Notes under the pieces: model-generated | What the model was told of the DNA's origin: nothing | What the model saw: only the letters and a program-made list of their open reading frames with translations | Databases searched by the model: none | Assembly (NCBI GenBank): GCA_004764695.1 | Contig: SMSO01000007.1 | Span: forward strand, 310,001 to 374,000 | Direction: 5' to 3' | Length of the DNA: 64,000 nt | Source: Schizochytrium sp. TIO01 | Lineage: Eukaryota > Protista > Bigyra: Labyrinthulomycetes | Translations under genes and position numbers: made by a program | Shown here: piece by piece, positions 49,401 through 63,500 of the stretch | How the letters are laid out: each line of letters opens with the position of its first letter | Numbering within the stretch: position 1 is the first letter of the stretch

Positions 49401-49738
49401 CAGCTCTCTTTTAATGACATATAGAAAAATAAAGAAAGAGGTGCCGTCCTTTCGAAGAATTTGGGCGGAATAAGATCATCCAAGAACCGTCAATGGAACT
49501 TTCTGTAAATAAAACAAAACCAACTTGAAAGAACATAATACCAAATGAATGAATGAATGAATGAAGGAATGAATAAAACTGAGGCTCCTTCCTTCTAAAT
49601 TCGTACGTTCCCTCGAATAGAAGATACCTGCACAATCATGATCAGCGTCTCAGCGATCACGATGGTCCAAGTCCAGGTTGAGCTTGGGAGCGAGTGTCAG
49701 CTTATCGATTTACATTTGGGAATAAATGTGCTGCAGTT

Positions 49739-50290
49739 CCATGCAATGCAATGCAATGCAATGCAATGCAATGCAATGCAATGCAATGCAGCGCAACAAT
49801 CGACGAAAGAAAGCATCAGAGGGCATAAATCTTCGAGTCCGAGTCTAAGTGTGATGCAGATCTTCATCGCAAACATGTGCGCTGAAAACCAAGGACTGCC
49901 GGCGCGCTTCGGATCGTTTGCCGTCGAAGGGGTGGCACGAGCGGGTATCTTTGTGCACGGCCGCCGTGGTCGCCCTCCAAGAAAGAAGCTTTCCGGAGAG
50001 CGCCGCGGTCTGCGTCTCTAGCGAGGAGCGAGTCCTTCCCCCCTTCGCGAGGCAGCGATTCACCCGCCGCGGACCGGAGAAGATGGATGGGAGTGCGTGC
50101 GTGCGTGCGTGCATGCTTTCCTTTGAGGCAGGCAGACGAGATTGTGGAGCTTGGCCATGCTCGCTTGCATTGTTGCGTTGCATTGCTTTGCATTGCGTTG
50201 CATTGCTTTGCATTGCGTTGCATTGCATTGCATTGCATTGGGTTGGGTTGGGTTCGATTGCACAGGATTGCATTGCGTTGCGTTGCATTT
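49739..50290. repeat. Inverted pair of (AATGC)n / (GCATT)n pentamer arrays around ~370 bp
   Basis: Left 49739-49800; right 50165-50290. Confidence 0.85.
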
Positions 50291-50841
50291 GATCGCACAG
50301 AGCGAGCGCAGCGATCGTGATGGAACGTTGGAACTGACGACAGAGGCAGTGGCGGCGTCGGCAGGAAGAGACTGACTGACCTGGTTCTTGAGGGCTTTGA
50401 GAGAAATTGGTAGGTACTCAGGTACCTACAAGTCTCGAGGAAGAACTCGAAAGCTACCACTTCCGTTTCCCAAGGGCTTTTACTGCCCGCTACCTTAGCC
50501 GCTACAGCGAACTGGCGCAACTCGCACGATCCTAGCTAGCCAGAGGCCGCTTATCATCCATCGATGGGGATGGTGAGGTAGGTTTGCTGTGATTGAGTTC
50601 TCGCTCGCACTAAGGGCTTGACTAGAGAGAGGCTAACGTAAACCGTAGGACCCCTGGAATCCCCGTCCGCTCTTGGTGTCACAGGGAGATTTGGCCCGCT
50701 GGCGTGCAACAAAACCCAAACAAGCTCAAGCTGAGCTCTAGGTCAAGCGAGGCGAGGGCAAGACAACTTTTGCGAGGACGTAGAGAACGCTGGCATTGTT
50801 GGGGAGAGTGAAACTCAGAGAGAAATTTTACGCTTGGCGTC

Positions 50842-51717
50842 ATGTTGAACGAAGCGCCGCATGAGACCTCCACTTTTGACCGGACGGCGCCGGTGACAGA
50901 ACCCAGCATTAAAATTGAGGAGCCCGCAAGCAAAGATTATGGGCCAGCAAATGAGGACACAGACTTGGAAATTCAACATACCTCGTCTGTGGTCGTCCCG
51001 CCACTTGACCCAGAACGCTTCAAGGCACATATGTATCTTTTGACGCTGGTATGTGCGTGGTTTGGTCTCTTTGCTATCGCAGAAATCATTGCCGCAGAGG
51101 TCAGTAACAGTCTGTCTCTGCTTGGTGATGCTGCGTGCATGCTTGTAGACTCAGGCACCTACGGCATGAACATGGTTGCTGAAGCTTGCAAGCGTAAGGG
51201 TATCTCTGAGCGTAGACGCCTGATGCTAGAGCTTTTTATTCCTTTAGTTAGTATGTGCGCATTGATTGCCACAAGTTGTTATATCCTTCACGATGCCAGT
51301 ATCACTATCAGAGAAGGTGGCACCACTGGCGATGAATCTACAAACGCGAGTATGATGCTTATTTTCAGTTGTGTTGGACTTGGCATGGATGCCATCAGTG
51401 TTTTCTCATTTACCTATGTACAAGGGTTTCTTGGCTTCGAGACTGTTGACCATCCCGAAGGACGTCACATCAAGGTTGCTAGTAACACGAACATGTGCTC
51501 GGCATATTCTCATGTCTTGGCAGACACAGGACGCAGTATTGCTGCTATCGTGGCTGCCATCGTGGCTCTGAAGGTCGCTGGGGTCAATGCTGGCCTCGCC
51601 GACGCTTGGGCAGCGGTATCTATTACGATCATTATCTTCATTACGCTTATCCCTCTTGGCCGCGGTCTGATTGCAAAAACGCAGCAGCTTCGGCATCTTG
51701 AATCTGCAGACAAGTAA
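50842..51717 (+). CDS. Cation diffusion facilitator paralog 2
   Basis: SLSLLGDAACMLVD, NMCSAYSHVLADTGRS; 291 aa. Confidence 0.92.
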   Translation: MLNEAPHETSTFDRTAPVTEPSIKIEEPASKDYGPANEDTDLEIQHTSSVVVPPLDPERFKAHMYLLTLVCAWFGLFAIAEIIAAEVSNSLSLLGDAACMLVDSGTYGMNMVAEACKRKGISERRRLMLELFIPLVSMCALIATSCYILHDASITIREGGTTGDESTNASMMLIFSCVGLGMDAISVFSFTYVQGFLGFETVDHPEGRHIKVASNTNMCSAYSHVLADTGRSIAAIVAAIVALKVAGVNAGLADAWAAVSITIIIFITLIPLGRGLIAKTQQLRHLESADK

Positions 51718-54700
51718 GCAAGTATTGAAGCAGGCTTTCTTTACTCCTGGGAACCATTGAGTGCTTAGTCTAAATGACTCTGTCTGCCTGCATCGCAAGG
51801 TCTTTTGAAAGGCATACACGCCATTGACGATCCCTCCTTTAATGAGCACTTATTTATAATAAACTCAGCTACATACACGTGCAGGCATCTTCTGGTGCAG
51901 AACCATCAAGAGTGCACTCAATCTGCGCTTGTAAATTTCACATAGTATACTTATAGGGCATTTTTCCAAGTAGTACCAATGGTATGCAAGAATATATCAT
52001 TTAATAAAAACATCATACCCATTTGTCATCTTTCATATTATTCCGAACATGAGAGGATACAAGTTCTCTTTAAATGCACTCCAAGTGATATGGGGTACTG
52101 GTTTTCTAGTGAAGTCATCGGGCGAGCTTTAAAGAGGAGCCACCAAGGCCTAGCATATATATATACATATATTTGTAGAGCAACTAATTTAGGACTGCTC
52201 AGGATAGCAACGTCCGTGTCTCTTAAATGGTAGGGATCAAAGTTCAAGGGGGCGAGGACCTACCATCTCGAAATTATACTATCCGCAAAAATCTTTTGGC
52301 GAAATGGATTCCAACATCTGGACCACGACCTCATATCAACCAATATGAATAACTCGTCCTTAGCGACCCCTTCTGCCCATGGTACGGACTGGATAGCGTG
52401 TTTGTCTGTCTCAACAACCTCTTGTGATTTTCAATCATCACCCTTTTGTTTACGAAGGCTACATACAAGAGGAAGATGCAGACGTGCGACGAATCGTAAA
52501 ATACCGTAGAAGTAGGTAGCTTCATGGTATTTTTTCCCCCCAAGATTTCTCATAAGAGCTTCGCCCAAAACAGAGCTCCAAGTCCAGAACCCAGCAATGA
52601 CTCTTTTTGCGAAGAACTTATGCAGAGATCTTGTCGAACATGCGCATACGATAGCGTTCAGCAAACATGGTCTTATATTGACCGAGCCAGTACATTAGAT
52701 ATGAATACATTTCGTGGCTGTTGTAATCAAATCATCAACAGAATGATCTGAAAGAGGTTTTTGTAGTCGTGCGTTTCCAGGAGGCCGCTTTACAAAGTCA
52801 TGTTGCGGATTTCGAACCACACAGCGTTTCACTTATCTAGTGTCCATATGTTGGTCTTGCTCTCTACCACGAAAGTCCCTCATTGATTATGCGTTTTAGC
52901 GCTGCTCACTGTTATTACGTCAATCTCCAGTTCTAGAACTCTGACTATACTCATGTGTTATAAGAAAATGAAGCCTCCGCCATAGATGTAAACGGTGATA
53001 TTATCTCTGCGAAACACATAAGATTTACCCAGCCTTTCGATAAGTTCTACTGAGCCTAACGATGCATACCTTTGGCTGGCACAAGAGAGATAATGTTGGA
53101 AAAGGTAGATGACACTTTCATAGCAAATTTAATTAAAATCGTTACACGTGCTTTAGTCTGTGGGATAGAATTTTATTAGTGAATCTCGTACACTATATGG
53201 TTTCGTTAGAATGAGTCCAAAGGACATATCGAAAGAAGGGATCCCAAGTAATAACAAAATGCTAGTCCACTGCAAAATTCTTAAGATAAACATAGAAAGT
53301 GAGACGACCATACCTTCCTCGAACATCTTATCTCTGTCCCGGAGATGTGCAGTGAATGTGAAAAATGAAACTCTAATGCCGACAAAACTTCCAAGCAATC
53401 TAAACAAGTCCCTTCGATTATACAAATACTAGCTTTGCTATTTGGGTTGGCAAGGCAAATATTTTCATATGCCGTTACAAGGTTTGTGTTTTGTCGCAGC
53501 CTAACAAAGTAACGAAGCACATTGTTTGCCTCCAAAAAGTGTACAAATGTGGTATGCCCTTCTGAGGATGGGGAACTTTGCTAGATCTGCTCTGCTGATG
53601 ATTATACCAGAACTAGTGAAAATTCGGTTCCTAGAGACTGTACAACGATATACTTCTGTTCTACAGTGCTCCCGATGCTGGGATCACTAATCGCAAAATA
53701 TTCTTGACTAGACATTGCTAGAGTTCTGGGCATTTCAGTTGTAAGACCTCAAGAGTTTAGGACTTTCACAGGAATAAAAATTAGAATAAGACAACCAGAC
53801 TTGCGTGGTTGAGTAACCATTAATCATAAGTGTGCATGCATACTCGATAGAATCAATTATAGGCGAATCAAGGTTGAAGGCTAGAAACAGAACCTTGTCA
53901 AGTATGCCTATTTAGCACATCTTAAGTACGTGCTAGTCTCTTAATTACAACATCAATCAGTCTACCTTGGAATCCAAGTCCAAGAACGGCAGATCGTTAA
54001 CTCTTAAATTAAAGTCTATCAAGTCTTCTTAAAAAACTTAATCAAACCTCTTGTCTTCATCTTCATAGTTATCCTTTGGCTGACTAGATTCATTTTTCAG
54101 CAAGTACGTCTTCAAACACTTTCGCTGCTTCGTCGGACTTTTGATCTTGGCTCCTTTGTAAGCAAATGAGATTTATGCTTTCTAGGTCAACAATCAAACA
54201 AGAAGTGATTGCTCAAACGTTGTTTGTACTTTGTGCTCTTGCAAAAAGGCGACCAACATTTCAGAACTAAATCAGATAACCTTCAATTAAATAATAGCTC
54301 AATTTATTCATTGTAGATTTGTCAAAAGCATGGATCAAGCTACTACTACACATAGAATTGTTATGCCCGGGACTTACGCTATCAGTACTTTATCGATGTC
54401 GTCCCGAACAGCAACTTAGAGCTTACTACGCTTACTTTGCTTCTAACTATGAAGTATATTTTCTTTGTCAGTGTGGCTGTTTTGACAACTATTCTTATTG
54501 TTCGCCTCGACTTCTTTTATTTCAAAACATGGGCAATGAAGGCAACGCCGATAGAAAGAACAACGAGAGTAGAGCTTCCTTCATCAGAGTAGGAACAACC
54601 TTCTAAACCCAAGCCTGCGCCATCGAAAACTGCTAAAGCAAAGTCAATTCAAGTAGTGAAAAGAAATAGAAGCTTCTAGAAGTAGCTAAAGTAATAGTTT

Positions 54701-56638
54701 TCGTCAATTGCTGTCTTGATCCGTTGCATAGTTTGCTTTCTCGTGGCTGGTGTGCTTTTCTTCTTCTTACTGTTCCCTAGAAAAGCTGGGTGCAAGTTTT
54801 CATCTGAGGAGTAATGAGAGCTAGAATTTTTCTTAGTCTTGCTCTTCTTCTGAATTGTTATCGTCATCATCTTTATCATCGAAATCGCTTTTAAACATCA
54901 GATTCGTGTGAATCTTTTTTTTTTTTTTTTTAATCATTCATTTTGATTGCCAGAATTATAGTAATCTTCATCAGATCATACCCGTCGTTCGAAAAAGATA
55001 TTTCTTCATCGGAGTCAAAATTCCACTTTGTTTTGCTTCGAAATTCGTTTTGCTAATAGAGATAAGGAACATATGGTTTCCTGACCACCCAAAAGAGGAT
55101 TTGAACCTTTCCTCTCTCTGAAGTGAATATGGCATTATTGACGGGTGAACTCGTCAAATACTTCAAAGATTTGGACTGATACTAACGAATACTTCACATT
55201 CAATTTGGACGTTTCAGGGAAAATGAGACAATCTGTTTTGGTAGCAATTCCTTAACATTATGATAATATTAAAGAGTATAACATTATTTTGTTTTATGAC
55301 TGTTCATACTAGAAGTCATATCTTTGAGTGACCAGGAGTTCTTCAGGACGAAGTGAATCAAAAACTTCCACAAACAATTTCAACATTTAGGATTATGTCC
55401 ACATAGCGATACGCTTGGCGCTTACCCACGTTTCCAATCTCAGGTCTAGTTTTGCTAGTCATCTGACAGAATGTAAAGAACCTCACTTTTATAGAGGTCT
55501 GTTATGTACATTTGCATGTACGGTTAGTCTCCCTCCAAGAATGAGAAGCTAGATAAAATAAGAGAGGAGAATGTTTTGCTTGCTCATCTTAGTATGGGAA
55601 AAAGGATCAGACCGCAACCACCACTGTCCTTTGAACAAACAGCTTGCTTACTCTATCATTCGGATGACTTAGTCGTGCTGTTAGCAGGGCCAATGAATCT
55701 TATTCGTGCTTGTTTGCTTTTTGAAGCAAAGACAGATGCCTAGCCAATTAAAATTATTTGTCTTTTAAAGAGGCTATTGGTAATAGTCTTTCACTTGAGG
55801 TTTTGCCCTGCAGCCTCTAACTAACGAGAGTATTTCGTAAGAGTTGCGACCTTTTTGCGTACTAATTAGTCCTTAGAAACTACCAAGACTGGGTCGAATT
55901 GTCCCCTTCAGATACGAACTACTTTCTGATCGTTTTCGTCTGTGTCTAAGGAATCAATTATAGATCAAGTCCAAAATACTTCGCTATACACATGAGAAGC
56001 AAAACGTTTAGCGCGCTCATCGGGCTTTATTTTGAAAGTAGTTTAGGATTCAGCCGTTGATGTGTGAGAAACTTTTAGAAAAGAAATGAAAAAGAAAATC
56101 ATTCAGATTAATTAAAAAAGAAGAAGATAAAACAACTGCATTTAGCAATTTAAAATCTCGGGCCTTTGGATTAAATACGAAGCTTAATACATTCACGAGT
56201 GATTTAAACCTAAAGAAGTTGCTCACGAGATGAAAATTAATTCGAAGACTCTCGCCGAATATGTTTTCAAGTTAAAAAGAAATCAACAGTTAATTCGGAG
56301 AACTGGGACGCTGAATGCCTTGGTAGCGACCTTTGGCGAATTCGGTGGGCTGATTGCTGAGCTTATTCGAGTGGCAAAGGCAAGCATGCAGGACATTTTA
56401 CATATACTTTCATAGTAGGCGTATTCTAGTTGGTCATAAGTTACATGGTTTGACCTAGAGTTTGTTCTTATCCCTTAAAATTAAGTTATCCCTTGGAAAA
56501 GCAAACCGCAAATGCCGGCAAGCAAAACCCAATCAATCAACAAATCGCAATCTCGAAAGAGAACACTATTGCAGCTACATTCTCGAGGGAGGAGGTACAG
56601 GGGAGATTGAAGGAGAGTAACAAAGACAGGACTATAGA

Positions 56639-57505
56639 ATGATGCTGGACGAGGCTCCCCAAGAAGCAACAACCTTTGACCGAGCGGGGTCGTCAGGTTG
56701 CAAAGGCGAATCACCCCCCTGCGAGACTAACGATGTTGAGCAGGGTGGTCAAGATGTGAAAGATGGTCAAGAGGCTGAGATGATAGACGTGAAGGTGTAC
56801 AAGAACCACATGTATCTGCTGATTCTGGTCTTCATTTGGTTTGGCTTGTTTGCCATTGCAGAGATTGTGGCTTCATCGATTGCCAACAGTCTTTCTCTGA
56901 TGGGTGACGCAGCATGTATGATTGTCGATTCTGCAACCTATGGCATGAACATGGGTGCAGAAACTTGCAAGCGCAAGGGCGTATCCGAGAAGCGCCGTCT
57001 CAAGCTTGAGCTCTTTATTCCTCTGGTGAGTATGCTTGCGCTCATGGGTACGAGCTGCTATGTCCTGGATGATGCAACTCAAACGATCAGAGCCGGTGGA
57101 ACCTTTGGTACAAGCTCTACCAACGCTAACATCATGCTGATCTTTAGCTGTGTAGGTCTTGCGATGGACTTCATCAGTGTCTTCTCCTTCACATTTATAC
57201 AGGGGTTTATGGGCTTTGAACTGAAGGACAAACACGGGGATAACCAAGGAATTGAAGTTGCGAGCAACACTAACATGTGCTCCGCTTACTCACACGTTCT
57301 GGCGGATACAGGTCGCAGCATTGCAGCGATTGTCGCAGCAGTAGTTGCAATGACATGTCCTAACGTTAATGCAGGACTTTCAGATGCCTGGGGCTCTGTG
57401 GTTATCACCATCATCATCTTCTTATCTCTCATTCCGCTTGCTGTCGGACTTGTCCAAAAGGTGCAACAGCTTCATGCCCTCAACCAACGCGCGGACAACC
57501 GGTAA
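56639..57505 (+). CDS. Cation diffusion facilitator paralog 3
   Basis: SLSLMGDAACMIVD, NMCSAYSHVLADTGRS; 288 aa; closest to paralog 2. Confidence 0.92.
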   Translation: MMLDEAPQEATTFDRAGSSGCKGESPPCETNDVEQGGQDVKDGQEAEMIDVKVYKNHMYLLILVFIWFGLFAIAEIVASSIANSLSLMGDAACMIVDSATYGMNMGAETCKRKGVSEKRRLKLELFIPLVSMLALMGTSCYVLDDATQTIRAGGTFGTSSTNANIMLIFSCVGLAMDFISVFSFTFIQGFMGFELKDKHGDNQGIEVASNTNMCSAYSHVLADTGRSIAAIVAAVVAMTCPNVNAGLSDAWGSVVITIIIFLSLIPLAVGLVQKVQQLHALNQRADNR

Positions 57506-60500
57506 AGCAAGCGTAGAGTTTCACCTTGGCTGATGCGAATTCTGCTGTATACTTGGTAAATAAGCAGTTCTTTTCATTTGAGAGCAGCCAAGAATAAGTG
57601 TTCTCTGGAGAACATCTATTGGTGTGCACCTCTAATTGATTTTGCACAACACAATATCTTTCGAATAACCAGAAAAGACATCTTTCATATTATAATGAAA
57701 CACAGTATTTTAAAGGAATCTGACCAACATGTGGTGCAGGATTACCAGAGGCGGTGTTAGGCACGGCTCATGTCGACCAAATCGCGGTGCCTCTTGATCC
57801 CCTAGTTAACTAGAGTGAGTCAGAAGAGAACCAAGGTTCCCCTCGGGCCACTAATCTGTAGTCCTCTTTTAAATTTACTAAGCAAAACTAATGAGATAAT
57901 CAAACAAGTGGAAGAATTACAATTCACAGCCAAGTGAATAAGGAAGTGGGATGGTGGAGTGGCTTATTTTCGTCGGCCTCCTTAAGAAAAATTAATTTGC
58001 GCATACATTATAAAAAAAGTTCTCAACGCAGAGAATGGAGGCTAATTCAGGTCAAGATTGTCAGTTGAAGCAAGTTGGTGGCTAGGAATTTTACTCCTAT
58101 CGTGTATAGAAGCTAGCCAGTACGGCGCTCAAGATCGTATATCTATTTCTCCTTCATGCACTTATTCATTGAAAATAGAACTAAAAATTAGGGCTCGCTT
58201 CTTCATGGATATTATCAATAATTAAGAATCATGAAACGAGTAAGCCTGCCGAAATATCAACGAGAGAGGGGGTTGAGAGTCAATGCTTGATATATATACT
58301 TTATAGACTCTTTTCTCTGAATTTGCAACGATTTCGCAAGGAAGACGTTACTTGTTTATTTACCCTCTAAGAAGGCTTATAAGCTCTTCTTGTCTTTTCT
58401 TTTTCAGACAACCAACATACTTAACCTTTGTAGAGAATAGTTATCACTCATATTTTGAAGCTATTATTTTATTTGCTTGGGATACAGTAAAGCTAGACAT
58501 TGCACGGATGCCTTCTTAACCAGTTCCCACGCTGGTGCGGGTAAGTGTAAGAATGTGTATAGTAAAGAAAATGTCTTAGGTAGTTCTTTTTGTAGGCTTT
58601 TTAGGCACGACAACCATGAGAAGCCGGGATTCAAGCCAATGAATTGCAACGCTTGCAACTCCTTCCTGTCATTATTCATCTAGAGCGCCCTGTTGAGCGA
58701 TAATACATTAAGCCTTGCGTGAGATTTCCCCCAGAGGGACTTAGAATGAGATTGAGAACTTTTAAAACCAAACAACCAAAGTAATGTACTACCTAATAAG
58801 AACATTAATAGTTGACAGTCTTTGGGCGCAAAGTCAACAGTTGGAGTCTGATAACAGGGGAACTTCCATGATCGTGACCAGCTAGTCATTTTAAGCTGTT
58901 TGCAAAGCTTCCATTGGTCGCCAAATAACTGATTGACTGGTGTAAGAACCTGTGTCTCTCTTCCTAACTGACCTGCCACTCTGCATGCCTCCAATTGAAG
59001 CTTGCTCTGAAGTGGACTATCGAGTGCATAATTGAAGATATTTTATTAGAGACAAGTAGGTGGAGATTTGTTTATTTGTGGCTGCCATTCCTTTATTTAG
59101 AAACAGAATAAAATAGAACAAAACACCAAATGATCATACCATTTTGTGTAACTTGAATCTACATGCTTCTCTCATCTCTCATCTCACGAAAGAGCAAAGG
59201 GCCTACTTCAGCTGCCTTGTAGGAAGCTTCACATGAGGTCTCCAGCCTAACTTTATCTCTATCTCCGTCTTGCATGATAGGAATTCTCAAGATGCGCCGA
59301 AAACCATTTTTACCTTTCAATCCAAGCACATGAGTTGACTTTGCTCCACGTTTTTATAAAATTAAGTAGGGAATCATCGTCAATAAGAATCATTTTAGGT
59401 TGATTGGTTCATGATAATACTTTTTAAGTTGGCGATAGCTGCATGGTATCGCTATTCACCAAGGGCCTGTAACTCGACAGCGGTACCATATTGATCCATC
59501 CAACCACAGAGCAACGCTTGGGTCTTTCTCTTCTTGTGCTTATTTATTCATTTAACTATTACCATTATTCTTATTCTTGTCAGAGTATTTTTAAATGAAT
59601 AAAATAATAAAATAATAAAATAAATAATAATAGGATATTTTATTATATATATAGCTTTAGACTTGAAAAATAATGTTAGTTGAAAAATAATGTTAAAAAA
59701 TTCTGCAACGAGGAGCTTTCATTAAAAAGGTTTTTGTTTTATTTTATTTTAAATCAACTCTTAAAAAAGAAAAGAAAAGCAAAGAAAAGAGAGCAACTAG
59801 GCAAATAAAAGAAATAAAAGAAACTTGTAACTTGAAAACAAAAGAAAACAATTACAAGATAAGCAAGGAGAAAAGAGCTTGTCTAGTACTATACATGCAA
59901 ATGGATTGTGATACATAATCTACTTCATGTAAGTCTCAAGCAGAAACTTTTCACGCTCGTTTGCTCAGAGGCAGCTTCATCAATAAGAAAACGTGCTTAA
60001 ACTATCTCCTCTTCCAGCTGAGCAATGCCCGATTATCAAGAAAGGAGGTTTTGATTTTAGTTTTAAAAAAAGTGGTGTCAGTGAAAAAAAGGTAGGTAGG
60101 TAGGTAGGTACCTATTACCTATTACCTATACCTATACTAACCCGTCTACTTAATAAACCCACGAAGGGGAAAGATCGCAGAATAAGAAACGACGACCATG
60201 ACAAGTTGAGAAATCGCCGGTATAAATGACGAGAATCGCAGCCACCCTAAGCAACATTCCGAGAGGGTAAAGTGATGCCAGGTTTGGAGTGGGAAATATT
60301 GCGATCGCCCTTTGCAGCCAGCAAGCTTGAGGAAGGCGAGGTGTTTTTGCCATAGAGGCAGTAATGTTTTAGAAGGAACCACGGCGGTCCTTAAAAAGTT
60401 GACTCCATCTTGACAAGAACGAGTAAGCGACGTATAGTATTAATGATTGTCAGGAAAGACAACTTTGGTGTGCTCTCTTTTGAATGACAATTCTAAGACC

Positions 60501-63500
60501 AGGGAAACCTGCTTTGTGTACCCTGGTGATCCGGTCTACAAGGTTAGTGAGTATGCAGCGTCGCAACCTCACGCGACAGCGTAGCGTTTGGCAGCGTGGC
60601 GTTTGGCAGCGTGGAGAAGCTAACTATTTCGCCCTCGATTCTTCTGGCTTGCTTGAGGTCGCTTCGATCTATTTACTGGCTGCGAATTCGGTGCGGCAAT
60701 CTTCAAGTTAGCAAGTAACAACCATAATTCAGATGTCTAGCACCGTCTAACTGCCCGTCGCGAGTTTGACGAGCCTTGTAATTTGCCTGGCGTGCTGTTA
60801 AATTATGGATTATTCGCACGCCACTTCACGACGTGTTTGTGCCAGCACCCCGGCACTATGGCGAAATGGACGAGTGGATTTCTTGTGCATTATTCTGTGG
60901 ACTGCGACCCTTTCGCAGCGCAATGCGGTCTGCCAGCTTCAAATGATCTTCTTGTCACTTCAAGCGAACTTGGGTCACATGAATATTCTCTTCCTCTCTC
61001 TTTGTGCAAGGTTCCTCATGAATGGGTAGTATACACATAGTAAACTGACAGGGAAGGACTTGGCTTGTCAGGAGACATTTAGTGCAAGCAAAAGCCAAGC
61101 TATTGCGCACGGAATTCAGAAGACATTGGGATGTGGCAAGCGAAGCTCGCGTCGCTGAAAAGTGGCTCCATAAGCGTGCGAGCACACGCCCAAACGAGAC
61201 TTTGAGGGGGCAGGTGTGGCAGATTCTGCCTTGAGGCTTGTGCTCGCCAAACTTGCATCGAAATTCTGAGAATGTAAGGCATGACCATATCTTCAGTTTG
61301 GCTGTTACAGCGTATTATTAGCGCGCCAAGACAAAAAAAGCTCTAGTTCATCACCTCTTCTGATCGATGGGTGGTATCTGAAGATGATTTTGTCAAACTA
61401 GTTTCAGTTGTGGTGATTTCACGCCAAGGCTCATCAAACTGTTGACGACGGAGTTGTTTTGTTTTCCTCGAAGCCAGGTGAGTTTGCCAATACTTATCGA
61501 ATATCATCAGCGGTGAGCTGAGTGAACTACATTGACAAGTTGTATCTCTGATCCAATAGCCACTAATAGATGCCAGTGGCCTTTAGTGTGACTTAGTACC
61601 TAGTAGGTGAAAAAAATAAATAAATTCATTCCAAACTAAAACAGAATACTTTATTTTACTTAGGCCTATTCGCCTATTCTAGAGCGGAAAAAAAGTTTTT
61701 AAAGAAAAAATGAAGAGAAGAAATCATAAAGGAGGAACAAGTTGGAGAAAAAAAGAACGTTGAAAACAAACGAAAAAAGCAAAGCACCAAAAAACATAAA
61801 AATAAAGGCGGAAAAACTGATAGATATATACATATATACATATATATTCTATATTAATTTATTAAAAAATACACGCTACCAACTTTGTTAACTAGAACAC
61901 TAGAACATATCTGGGCTTACAAAAGCTCAGAAATACTCAGGCTGTCCAGCGCAACATGATCCTTGTATTTGTTTGAAGTTTACACAGCTGAAGTTCTGGC
62001 TGCATTTGGTGATGCACGTGTTCTATCAAGAAGTGCTGTGCACCTTGTCTCCTCACCTGCTCTGCAAGACAATCAACCAACGCAATGAGTTCTTCCCTGG
62101 TAGGGCAGGCCTCCTGCTTTGTAATTTCGCCCAAACATTTGATGCCATTCTTCTTCAGGCACTTCGTTTCCCAAAGTGAGTGTCCTCATCACCACTAAAA
62201 AGAGAGATTGATTACCTTCCGCCTCCGTTGCGACGCCGTGATGACGCCATGTTGGCCTTTTCACTCCGCCATTCCCGCATGAATCCCACGGCGGTTCTCA
62301 CTTTCCCTTATTCTCGCCTTCGCACCACAGAACTTCGGCCAAAGCCGGCTTATGCGAGTGCGTACGTACGTACGCTTACTCTCGCTCGCAGAGGCGATGG
62401 CCGTGATTGCAGTCATCGTCATCGTCATCGACTTCGTCTTCGCCGGAACTCGCTTCTTCGTATACGCATATTTATTTCTGCCTTCGGTTCTGTGCTCCTC
62501 TGGTGCACTTGCTTTTGGGGCTCCATCATCGTTTTTACCTCAGAAGTACGACTCCTCCCTCCCGAAACAAGTGGGATCTGCGTGAGAAAAGTGCGACGTT
62601 AGTGCGATCTAATCAATCGGCCGAGGGACTTTCTTCGAACTCGGGCCCGAGATGGATTCCAGGATGTGGACGGACAGCGTCCATGCGAGTGACAACGATC
62701 TAGCGATGCATTCAACCAATCAATCAATCAATTAATCAATCAGTCAATCAACAATTAAGCAAGCAAGCAAGCAAGCACGGGCTCACGGCAGCTTGGGCGA
62801 GTTTGTTTAGATGAAATTGCCATGCTTTGGTCGCTTTCGAGATTTTGTGGAATCACTGATCTGCACTGGGTCTGTAAGACCTTGGAGCGCCGGATGGTTG
62901 GCTGCTACTTGAACAAGCCATCAGCTTCCGCAAACGATTCGGCGGCGAGCACTCTTCTTCAGAAATGTGTAAATTAGTAAGGATGTAAGTAAGCAAACAT
63001 ACAATTTGATCGATGAGTAAGTAAATGAGATAGATGTGTCATCCGGATATACAGCTAGCTATTCTGAGCGATCAAATCGGCCAGGCACCCAGCTGCTATT
63101 TACTTATGAATTAGTTCTTCATGTACGTGCGTATGTCTGTATTTGTATTGACTTGTTTTATGTATCGAGCCAACTCAAGTTTCGTCGTCCATCTAACTAT
63201 GCAATTGATTATCCTCAGGGCACCAGGTTCCTCAGGAATGGAAGAACCTTGCGGCAGTATGTCTATCTATCCATCTACATTAGTCTGTAAAACCCAGCGA
63301 CACTCGAGCCATTAATCCTGTATTTTTCAGAGCTCATCCCGAGCGCGCGAGGCCACCGAATCCCAAACGGAGCACGCCAGAAACCTCAAACAAAGCAAGC
63401 AAAAGCGAGCGTCTCCAACTAATTCTTTTGATCTTCTTCTTCTTCTTCTTCTCCAAGTTGTCTCCATCGCCTGCGAACCGCCAGTCCTACCCTTTCCACT

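Noticed and set aside
60860-60920. CALFCGLRP, resembling tyrosine recombinase box I
   Set aside because: Short isolated match, nearby stops, and no HxxR or Tyr motif found.
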